A stretch of 64,000 nt of DNA from a virus: IMG/VR virus record IMGVR_UViG_3300017728_002360; one strand, given 5' to 3'. The notes beneath the pieces are model-generated. The model did not search any database. It worked only from the letters and a program-made list of their open reading frames with translations, and had not been told where the DNA came from. Shown one piece after another: positions 56,867 to 64,000 of this stretch. How positions within the stretch are numbered: position 1 is the stretch's first letter; each line of letters starts with the position of its first letter. The position numbers were made by a program, and so were the translations under genes.

Positions 56867-57345
56867 CACATTTAAAAGCAAACGAAATATTAAAAAATAA
56901 ATTCTGGATCATCGAGGACACTGATAGTAAGACTAAAGTTGGTACTCTGTCCAAAGACAACGATAATAGATATATGTATAGTTGCGATACTGGTTCGTAT
57001 TTCTATGATAATAAAAATGCAGTAGAAAACACATTAGGTAATATACTATGGACAAAAGGTAGTATATCAGATAAGGTATCACCAAGCAAAGAGATCTATA
57101 ACTTGCCTACATCAACTACTCCATATAATACTATGTACGATATTAAACGTAAATTTGGTCTGTTTACTAAAAGTAAAAAGTCTAAGAGTTTGTATTGTGC
57201 AGGTTATTTTTGTATACACTTTGAAAAAGGTTGGGTTAAAAGTTTTTGTCCTAAGCTAGTTACACTAGAGAAGTATCAGTATAAAGGACCATTTAAGACT
57301 GAATTAGAAATGCGTCAGGAGTTAAGTAATGTCAACAGAGGCTAA
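56863..57345 (+). CDS. Hypothetical protein
   Basis: 160 aa, ATGA overlap. Confidence 0.6.
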   Translation: MTHLKANEILKNKFWIIEDTDSKTKVGTLSKDNDNRYMYSCDTGSYFYDNKNAVENTLGNILWTKGSISDKVSPSKEIYNLPTSTTPYNTMYDIKRKFGLFTKSKKSKSLYCAGYFCIHFEKGWVKSFCPKLVTLEKYQYKGPFKTELEMRQELSNVNRG

Positions 57346-57544
57346 TTATAGTTCACACGATTGGCGTAAGAACACAGATGACGCTATTGTGGTTGCTTCA
57401 GATATAGGAATCAAATTAGAAGTAAACAAAAGCAAAGTAATCTTTACTAATCCTAAAACACTTAAAACTGAAGAAGTAGATGTTTCAAGACTTGTTAGAG
57501 TGTTTGTGAATAATAGAGATGATCTAAAAAGGAGTGTCAAATAA
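57329..57544 (+). CDS. Hypothetical protein
   Basis: 71 aa, SD AGGAG. Confidence 0.55.
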   Translation: MSTEANYSSHDWRKNTDDAIVVASDIGIKLEVNKSKVIFTNPKTLKTEEVDVSRLVRVFVNNRDDLKRSVK

Positions 57545-57783
57545 TGTCAGAAGTTAAACCTTTAAATCCTATTCCGCTACAACAGTTCATTGATAAAGTG
57601 AAAGTAGCAGATATGCAAAAGACTCCAGAGATTAGACTTACACTACAAGAGTCTAAGATACTTGCATTTACACTAGGCGAAGTAATGTCTAGACTACACG
57701 GCGATTTAGAAAAGCTAGTAGACCAACAAAACAAGACAGAAGAAGTAATTAACGTTACCGCAGATGGCGGTCAATCCTGGTAA
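57544..57783 (+). CDS. Hypothetical protein
   Basis: 79 aa, SD AGGAG. Confidence 0.55.
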   Translation: MSEVKPLNPIPLQQFIDKVKVADMQKTPEIRLTLQESKILAFTLGEVMSRLHGDLEKLVDQQNKTEEVINVTADGGQSW

Positions 57784-57802
57784 TCCTATAAGCTCATAAC
57801 CT

Positions 57803-57822
57803 AGTAATATACGTATATTACT
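57803..57822. repeat. Perfect 20-bp palindrome
   Basis: AGTAATATAC|GTATATTACT, intergenic, 10 nt before late promoter 57833. Confidence 0.85.
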
Positions 57823-57857
57823 CTTGAAAAGAGATAAATATATGTATAGAGGAAAAG

Positions 57858-58148
57858 ATGAGCAGACCTAAACCAACAGTAGTGCTAGAGCACGTTAACA
57901 AAAAAACTTATAAATCTGAGCAAGTCTTAGATGCGGAAGCCATTTGGGCAGTATTCTTTAAGGACAAACCTTTTAATTTAAAAAGTTCAAATGTGTTAAC
58001 AAACTATCCTGGACCTAAATACAAGAAAGTATCTTTTTCAAATCCAGGTCATGCACACAATCTAGCTAAAAAATTAAACGACCTATTCAACTGCGAAGAC
58101 TTTTCAGTAGTCAAACTTACTGCTGGCGAAACAGTAAAAGAAGTTTAG
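57858..58148 (+). CDS. Hypothetical protein
   Basis: 96 aa; late promoter and SD; YPGPKYKKVSFSNPGHA. Confidence 0.65.
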   Translation: MSRPKPTVVLEHVNKKTYKSEQVLDAEAIWAVFFKDKPFNLKSSNVLTNYPGPKYKKVSFSNPGHAHNLAKKLNDLFNCEDFSVVKLTAGETVKEV

Positions 58149-58149
58149 A

Positions 58150-58539
58150 ATGAACTGGAAAGAAACCTATACAAAGGTGTTCTTGAAGCAGGCCAACATA
58201 GCAATAAGCGAAAGCTCATTGAAAGAGTATATGCCATTATGGTGGCAGAATACAAGAGAAGTTGGTGGTCTTAGATTAACAGAAGAAGGTATGTTATTCT
58301 TAATGGAAAAGATAGAACTAGCAACTTATGAAGTTCCTTTTCCGCCCGAATTCAAAATAACAACTCAAGTTATTTTATTTTTGGACAAGTTTATTGACTG
58401 TCCATATTACGTTACCAATAAAGGAATCACTGTTACGGAGGAAAAGAAGGCACTCGAACTGCATCTTTTCAGTGGTGATGTTCGCAAGTACGGCCTAAAT
58501 AAAGCTCTAAAACGGACAGATGAAGTAACAAACCCTTGA
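58150..58539 (+). CDS. Hypothetical protein
   Basis: 129 aa. Confidence 0.6.
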   Translation: MNWKETYTKVFLKQANIAISESSLKEYMPLWWQNTREVGGLRLTEEGMLFLMEKIELATYEVPFPPEFKITTQVILFLDKFIDCPYYVTNKGITVTEEKKALELHLFSGDVRKYGLNKALKRTDEVTNP

Positions 58540-58580
58540 TTTTACTACATAATTTTTCTTAAAAAAAGTGCATTTTCTGG

Positions 58581-58609
58581 TTGACCTTTTGGCTCAATGG
58601 TGTTATTAT
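58581..58609 (+). promoter_or_regulatory. Sigma70-type early promoter with A/T-tract UP region
   Basis: TTGACC-17nt-TATTAT with TGn. Confidence 0.7.
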
Positions 58610-58665
58610 ATATACATACTTAGAAATTAAGTATGGCACTGAAATAAACATATAAGGAGTACATT

Positions 58666-59760
58666 ATGGAAAACATCGCAATAAGACAAGTTAGTCCAAA
58701 TGGTGCAAAGAAAAGCATTGTTAGGGCATTCAAGAAACAAAGACCTATTTTTATTTGGGGACCTCCAGGTATTGGTAAGTCAGACATTGTATCACAGATT
58801 ACAGATACATTTGATAATTCACACTTAATTGATATTAGATTGAGTTTATGGGAACCTACAGATATTAAAGGTATGCCATATTATTCAGCTAATGATAATA
58901 CAATGAAATGGGCACCGCCTATTGAATTGCCAGACGCAAAGATGGCTAAGAAATATAAGACCATTGTTTTGTTCTTAGACGAAATGAATTCTGCGGCACC
59001 TAGTGTACAAGCCGCGGCATACCAACTAATTCTTAACAGACGTGTTGGTACTTATAAATTACCCGATAATGTTATGATTGTTGCCGCTGGTAACAGAGAA
59101 GCAGATAAGGGTGTAACTTACAGAATGCCTGCTCCATTGTCAAACAGGTTTGTTCACTTAGAAATTAAAGTGGACTTTGATGACTGGTTTGCTTGGGCAG
59201 TTGCTAACGACATCCATAAAGATGTTGTAGGTTACTTGACATTTGCAAAGAAAGACTTATATGACTTTGATCCTAAGAGCCCAAGTCGTTCATTTGCAAC
59301 ACCTCGTTCGTGGTCATTTGTTTCCGATTTATTGGAAGACGATGACGATGAAGCAACCACTACAGATCTTGTAAGTGGTTCAGTCGGCGAAGGACTAGCC
59401 GTTAAATTTATGGCACACAGAAAAGTGTCAGCTCACTTACCTAACCCAAGTGATATACTTGTTGGTAAGGTAAAAACAATGGAGACTAAAGAAATCAGTG
59501 CCATGTATTCCTTGACTGTCTCTCTTTGTTACGAGTTGAAAGAAGCGATTGATAAGAGCGATAAGAAGTTTGACGATAAAGTCAATAACTTTTTACGTTT
59601 TGCGATGGATAACTTTGATACCGAATTGGTTGTCATGGGTATTAAACTTGCTCTTACTCAATATCAACTTCCAATCGATCCAGATGAAGTTGAGTGCTTT
59701 GATGAGTTCCATGAAAGATACGGCAAGTACATTAAGGCCGCTCAAGGAGAAACTGCCTAA
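58666..59760 (+). CDS. MoxR-like AAA+ ATPase
   Basis: GPPGIGKS, LFLDE, AAGN, NRF, TPRSW. Confidence 0.85.
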   Translation: MENIAIRQVSPNGAKKSIVRAFKKQRPIFIWGPPGIGKSDIVSQITDTFDNSHLIDIRLSLWEPTDIKGMPYYSANDNTMKWAPPIELPDAKMAKKYKTIVLFLDEMNSAAPSVQAAAYQLILNRRVGTYKLPDNVMIVAAGNREADKGVTYRMPAPLSNRFVHLEIKVDFDDWFAWAVANDIHKDVVGYLTFAKKDLYDFDPKSPSRSFATPRSWSFVSDLLEDDDDEATTTDLVSGSVGEGLAVKFMAHRKVSAHLPNPSDILVGKVKTMETKEISAMYSLTVSLCYELKEAIDKSDKKFDDKVNNFLRFAMDNFDTELVVMGIKLALTQYQLPIDPDEVECFDEFHERYGKYIKAAQGETA

Positions 59761-59773
59761 TTTGGTAGTTTTA

Positions 59774-59807
59774 GGGGAGAATCTTTTTTGGTTCTCCCCA
59801 TCTTTTT
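59774..59807 (+). terminator. Rho-independent terminator
   Basis: GGGGAGAATC-TTTTTT-GGTTCTCCCC then ATCTTTTT. Confidence 0.75.
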
Positions 59808-59809
59808 GG

Positions 59810-59838
59810 TTGACAAATCCATTTAAATATACTATAAT
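59810..59838 (+). promoter_or_regulatory. Sigma70 consensus promoter
   Basis: TTGACA-17nt-TATAAT. Confidence 0.85.
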
Positions 59839-59860
59839 ATACATATAACAATTAGGAAAG

Positions 59861-61180
59861 ATGGCACACATGACTAATATAGCAACAGATCAAGGGCAAG
59901 AAGTTTTAGACAGATGGGAAGAGATCAAGGAAAAAGCTGATCAACTTCCTGAGATTACTGACGAACTTAAAGCAGAAGTTTTAGATAAAATTATTGTAGC
60001 AAGAGTAGGCTTACTACTTAGACATCCATTCTTTGGTAACATGGCTACAAGACTTATTATTAAAGAAGCAAGTGATTGGTGTCCTACTGCGGCCACTGAT
60101 GGTAGACACTTGTTTTATAGTGTTCCTTTCTTTGCTAAGATGACTAACAAAGAAGTTGAGTTTGTTATTGCACACGAGATATTACATTGTGTATATGATC
60201 ATATGACACGTAGAGAAGATAGAGATCCGCAGGTACATAATATCGCGGCTGACTACATTGTTAACAATACACTTGTTAGAGATAACATTGGTGAAAAGCC
60301 TAAAGACATTCCAATTTTCCAAGACTTTAAATATGATGGTAAAACATCAGAAGAAATCTATGATGAGATTTATAACAAATATGATGAAGAAGAATTAAAA
60401 CAATTAGGTCAATTACTTGACGAGCATATTGATTGGGATAAAGATACCCAAGATGGTAATGCTCCTAGCAAAAAAGGTAAGGGTAAAAAAGCTGGTGACA
60501 AGCCTAGTTACTCTAAAGATGAATTACGTAAGATACGTGACGAGATCAAAGAGAATATGATGGCATCTGCACAGGCGGCTGGTGCTGGTAAAGTTCCTAA
60601 AGAAGTTGAAAGAATGATCAAGGAACTTACAGAGCCTAAGATTACTTGGAGAGAATTACTTAGACAACAAATACAAAGTACTATTAAGAATGATTACACA
60701 TTCCAAAGACCTTCACGTAAGGCTTGGCATAGTGGTGTAGTTCTTCCTGGTATGAACTATGATGAAACAATTGATATTGCTATTGCAATTGATATGTCAG
60801 GTTCTATTATGAACGAACAGGCACAGGACTTCTTAGGTGAAGTAAAAGGTATTATGGACGAGTATCAAGACTATAACATTAAACTATGGTGCTTTGATAC
60901 TAAGGTTTACAACGAGCAAGACTTTAGTCCTGACAATGGTCAAGACTTAATGAACTATGAAATCTTCGGTGGCGGTGGTACTGACTTCATGTGTAATTGG
61001 GAGTACATGAAAGAACAGGACATACAACCTAAAAGATTTATTATGTTTACAGATGGTTATCCTTGGGATAACTGGGGTGATGAAAACTATTGTGACACAA
61101 TATTTGTAATTCATTCACATCATGATAAAAACTTGCAGGCGCCTTTTGGTATTACAACTCATTATGAGGAGCAAAAATAA
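59861..61180 (+). CDS. HExxH metallopeptidase-like + vWA protein (MoxR partner)
   Basis: TAATDG, AHEILH, IDMSGS, GGGGTDF, FTDG. Confidence 0.85.
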   Translation: MAHMTNIATDQGQEVLDRWEEIKEKADQLPEITDELKAEVLDKIIVARVGLLLRHPFFGNMATRLIIKEASDWCPTAATDGRHLFYSVPFFAKMTNKEVEFVIAHEILHCVYDHMTRREDRDPQVHNIAADYIVNNTLVRDNIGEKPKDIPIFQDFKYDGKTSEEIYDEIYNKYDEEELKQLGQLLDEHIDWDKDTQDGNAPSKKGKGKKAGDKPSYSKDELRKIRDEIKENMMASAQAAGAGKVPKEVERMIKELTEPKITWRELLRQQIQSTIKNDYTFQRPSRKAWHSGVVLPGMNYDETIDIAIAIDMSGSIMNEQAQDFLGEVKGIMDEYQDYNIKLWCFDTKVYNEQDFSPDNGQDLMNYEIFGGGGTDFMCNWEYMKEQDIQPKRFIMFTDGYPWDNWGDENYCDTIFVIHSHHDKNLQAPFGITTHYEEQK

Positions 61181-61447
61181 TTGAAGCCAAATGCACTAAA
61201 CTTTTTTGATATGAGGGAGACTAAATTTGCCGGCCCTCATTTCGAAGTTATGAATCTAAAGCAACAGTATAATCTAGAAGATGCTTTACGTAAATGGATT
61301 CTAACCAATTTAAAAGGCAGATTTAACATAGGTAAAGAAATGGTTTTGGACACACAGAACCAATACCAAAATCATTTAACGGTTGGATTTGAAGATCCAA
61401 AAGAACTATCTTATTTCATGTTGGCGTGTCCACATCTGAAGTATTAA
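61181..61447 (+). CDS. Hypothetical protein
   Basis: 88 aa, TTG start, SD GAGGAG. Confidence 0.55.
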   Translation: MKPNALNFFDMRETKFAGPHFEVMNLKQQYNLEDALRKWILTNLKGRFNIGKEMVLDTQNQYQNHLTVGFEDPKELSYFMLACPHLKY

Positions 61448-61498
61448 TAAATATTAAGTAGGTATATAATTATACTACTATTAATAGGAGAGACATAA

Positions 61499-61834
61499 AT
61501 GTCAGAAGAAAATAAAACTGCAACGGCTCCGGCAACTCCGGAACCAAGTATGGCGACAGCACCGACGGGTGCTCCAGCTGGTGCTCCAGTTCAAGAACTT
61601 ACAGTTCAAGACTTGGGAGTATTAAAAACAATCATTGAAGTAGCACAAAGTCGTGGGGCATTTAAAGCCAACGAACTTGAGGCTGTTGGAAAGACGTATT
61701 CTAAACTAGAATCATTTTTAGCTTCAATTCAAAATCAACAAGTAGCAAAAGATCCAGCTCAAGCATCAGCAACTGCACCAGCAACTGCTCCTGCAAGTGA
61801 GCCAATTGATCCAACTACAGGAGAGGTAAAATAA
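61499..61834 (+). CDS. Hypothetical protein with Ala/Pro-rich termini
   Basis: Core LTVQDL...SRGAFKANEL. Confidence 0.6.
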   Translation: MSEENKTATAPATPEPSMATAPTGAPAGAPVQELTVQDLGVLKTIIEVAQSRGAFKANELEAVGKTYSKLESFLASIQNQQVAKDPAQASATAPATAPASEPIDPTTGEVK

Positions 61835-62445
61835 TGGCCTTAAAACACATAGGAAGATTCAAAGAAACGGGACGTAAAGTTGCCGTTGTCTTTAGAACAT
61901 TACCAGACGATCCAGATAGTGCTTTAGTAGTACAAACTGAGAACCTGAGTGATGGAGACCACGATACTCTAATCAATATGTTAGAGTCTAACACAGGACA
62001 AACTGCTGACGAATTAGCAGATGCTATGCAACGAACACAACTAAACGATGGTAGTGTTATGTTGCCAAACTTTCATGTTAACGGCAAGTTAACTAAGGTG
62101 AAAACTAGCGATGTCGAGATGACACCTGATATGTCAACTACAATTTCACTTGATGAATTAAACAAGGTAATTGCAGAACAAAAAGGCGTATCGGTTGCTG
62201 ACTTGGCTGTTGGTGGAACATCAGTGGAAGAAGTAGGATCTATGTCTGCACCAAGCACTACAGTACCAAGCGGAGAAGCGGCGGCTACTGTAAATGCGGC
62301 AAATGAAAAACCTTTATCAGATGAAGATTTAGCTAAAAATATGAGAGCTGATGCTGATAGGATGTTCAAAGAAGCAGAAAGACTACGTAAAGAAGCTGAG
62401 GATTTAAGCCCAAGTAAGAAGGCCAAATCCAGTGCCAAGGGTTAG
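61834..62445 (+). CDS. Hypothetical protein
   Basis: 203 aa, SD GGAGAGG. Confidence 0.65.
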   Translation: MALKHIGRFKETGRKVAVVFRTLPDDPDSALVVQTENLSDGDHDTLINMLESNTGQTADELADAMQRTQLNDGSVMLPNFHVNGKLTKVKTSDVEMTPDMSTTISLDELNKVIAEQKGVSVADLAVGGTSVEEVGSMSAPSTTVPSGEAAATVNAANEKPLSDEDLAKNMRADADRMFKEAERLRKEAEDLSPSKKAKSSAKG

Positions 62446-62755
62446 TAAGCCCAAGAGTAAAAGGCTTCCTGTAGAGGTTGTTTCCAAATGGCCCGACGTA
62501 TTCGGAGACGTAGACGTTCATGCCATTCCGTTAGAGTACTTAGACTCATTAAGAGTTCGTTTTAATAACGGCAAGAGCTGGGAAGTAACAGTAGACTTAA
62601 CTAAGAACCCTGTTAAACAACTAGAAAAGACGCTAAAAGACCTGTTTAATACTTATGATAGCAGTATTAAGCACGTTGATTTTAAGCTAGATACAGATAG
62701 GCTTAAAAAAGATGTACAAAAACGTACCAGAAAGTTCATTAAGCATCGTAAGTAA
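62432..62755 (+). CDS. Hypothetical protein
   Basis: 107 aa, GTG start. Confidence 0.55.
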   Translation: MPRVSKPKSKRLPVEVVSKWPDVFGDVDVHAIPLEYLDSLRVRFNNGKSWEVTVDLTKNPVKQLEKTLKDLFNTYDSSIKHVDFKLDTDRLKKDVQKRTRKFIKHRK

Positions 62756-62769
62756 TATATGCAAAAAGG

Positions 62770-62777
62770 TATAAATA
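62770..62777 (+). promoter_or_regulatory. T4-type late promoter TATAAATA
   Basis: Intergenic, upstream of SD AGGAG. Confidence 0.65.
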
Positions 62778-62805
62778 CATATAACAGATCCAGGAGTTAT
62801 TTGAA

Positions 62806-64000
62806 ATGGCATTAAAACTTAGACGAGGTACAGACTCACAAAGACAGCTAATCACGCCAGCTGATGGTGAATTAGTTTATACAACAGACACCAAGAAGTT
62901 GTTCGTAGGTGATGGCTCTACTGCTGGAGGTAATCCAGTTGATACTGCTGGTACTGAGCTAGGTTCAAATCTTTCATTAAACAACTACAACTTAAACGGA
63001 ACAGGTAACATTAACGTAGACGGTAACATGACACTTACCGGCAATATTACTGCTGATGGTAACTTAACGTTGGGTGGTAATTTAACTGTTGGTGATGCTA
63101 ATACAGATACCTTAAATTTAACTGCTAAGATCGAGTCACACTTATTACCAGATGTTGATAGTGCTAGAAACGTAGGTTCTAGTGTATTAAGATGGGGACA
63201 AGGACACTTTGGTACTTTAGCAGTAACTGATGATATTAATGCTGGATCCGTTAATGCTAACATCATTGGTGACGATAGTACAGTAATTTTAAATAAAGCA
63301 ACTGGAGCCATTAATGCTACAGGAACTTTTAAAGGTGATGTCAAAGCAACTGATAACTCAAGTTTCTTTAATGCAACTTCAAAGGCTGTTAACGCAGGTT
63401 CTATTACGGCAACAGGGGCCATTAGTGCTCCAAGTATAACTGCTGAAAGCATTGTTGGTAACTTCAAAGGTACTATTGTTGGAGATGATTCAACTGTACT
63501 AGTTGATGCTGTCAACAGTACTGTAAATTTAGCTAACGGCGAGATTGCTATTGTTGGTGGAGTGCTAAAAGCTACACAGAGTATTTTTCAAATTAGTGAC
63601 ACAACAGAAAACATTAACACAGAATTACATTTATATCACGGACCAGGTGGAAACTTTAGTTCACAGAAGTTTCACTCAATTGGAGGAAGTGAATCACTAG
63701 ATCCAGGAGGAATTGGATTTAGAGGTTATGCAGGTGGCTTCATAGGATCAGGCAATGAAGTACAAATGAGTGCAGGTGATTACCTAGGTCAAATTAACTC
63801 ACAAACATATGACCCAGTACACAATGGTGGAACAAGTATTATTTCATCACAGATTGCATTTAGACTTGATCCAGATGAAACAGTAACAAATGATACTGCA
63901 AAAGGTCAAATTGAATTTGTTAATAACAAAGGAACAGGTACATCAGTTGTTTCAAGTGTTATGATATTTGATGCACAAGGTAGACTTGGTGTAAACAAAC
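62806..64000 (+). CDS. Tail fibre/receptor-binding protein with Mtd-N-like N-terminus (3' truncated; absent from ORF track)
   Basis: MALKLRRGT...GELVYTTDTKKLFVGDG; GDDST repeats; open to window end. Confidence 0.75.
   Translation, partial: MALKLRRGTDSQRQLITPADGELVYTTDTKKLFVGDGSTAGGNPVDTAGTELGSNLSLNNYNLNGTGNINVDGNMTLTGNITADGNLTLGGNLTVGDANTDTLNLTAKIESHLLPDVDSARNVGSSVLRWGQGHFGTLAVTDDINAGSVNANIIGDDSTVILNKATGAINATGTFKGDVKATDNSSFFNATSKAVNAGSITATGAISAPSITAESIVGNFKGTIVGDDSTVLVDAVNSTVNLANGEIAIVGGVLKATQSIFQISDTTENINTELHLYHGPGGNFSSQKFHSIGGSESLDPGGIGFRGYAGGFIGSGNEVQMSAGDYLGQINSQTYDPVHNGGTSIISSQIAFRLDPDETVTNDTAKGQIEFVNNKGTGTSVVSSVMIFDAQGRLGVNK

Noticed and set aside
1936-63515. Minus-strand ORFs in the track other than phoH, and short alternative-frame + ORFs
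   Set aside because: They lie within or opposite well-supported + genes, lack SD and motifs, and look like codon-bias shadows
62806-64000. Diversity-generating retroelement suggested by the Mtd-like N-terminus
   Set aside because: No reverse transcriptase or template/variable repeat pair seen in the window
1-64000. tRNA, rRNA, CRISPR array, integrase or transposase
   Set aside because: Intergenic gaps are short; no cloverleaf, spaced direct repeats or recombinase motifs recognised by eye
1-64000. Cellular origin suggested by clpA, dnaJ, def, folE
   Set aside because: Interleaved with tail, lysis and T4-like replication genes and late promoters

Overview
64 kb of a large, AT-rich lytic dsDNA phage with T4-like organisation. 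The FdxA-type ferredoxin, ACP-like gene and many 2OG-Fe(II) oxygenases hint at an aquatic proteobacterial host (inference). Genes are densely packed and almost all on the + strand; phoH is the only credible - strand gene. Order: tail/baseplate genes with enzymatic domains (1-12 kb); DnaE fragment, GroES, MazG, oxygenases, clamp loader, ThyX, PhoH (12-21 kb); lysis cassette (21.8-24.5 kb); DnaJ-PDF-ClpA (24.5-28 kb); an array of probable internal-head proteins (29-35 kb); family-B polymerase and probable clamp (36-42.6 kb); a dispersed 7-deazaguanine pathway with a TGT/DpdA-like enzyme, a QueD-paralogue, a glycosyltransferase, FolE and QueE (42.6-55 kb); RNase H, MoxR/vWA and a further fibre gene (55-64 kb). 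Top candidates for new biology: (1) a deazaguanine DNA-modification system with no QueC in the window, linked to a glycosyltransferase and unknown genes; (2) modular, Glu-delimited packaged cargo proteins; (3) leaderless late mRNAs whose promoter lies in a hairpin loop and whose AUG lies in the stem; (4) apparent purging of GCWGC; (5) a serine-less ACP inside the lysis cassette; (6) a DnaE fragment ending just before the catalytic aspartates. All calls are by-eye motif recognition; no searches were run.
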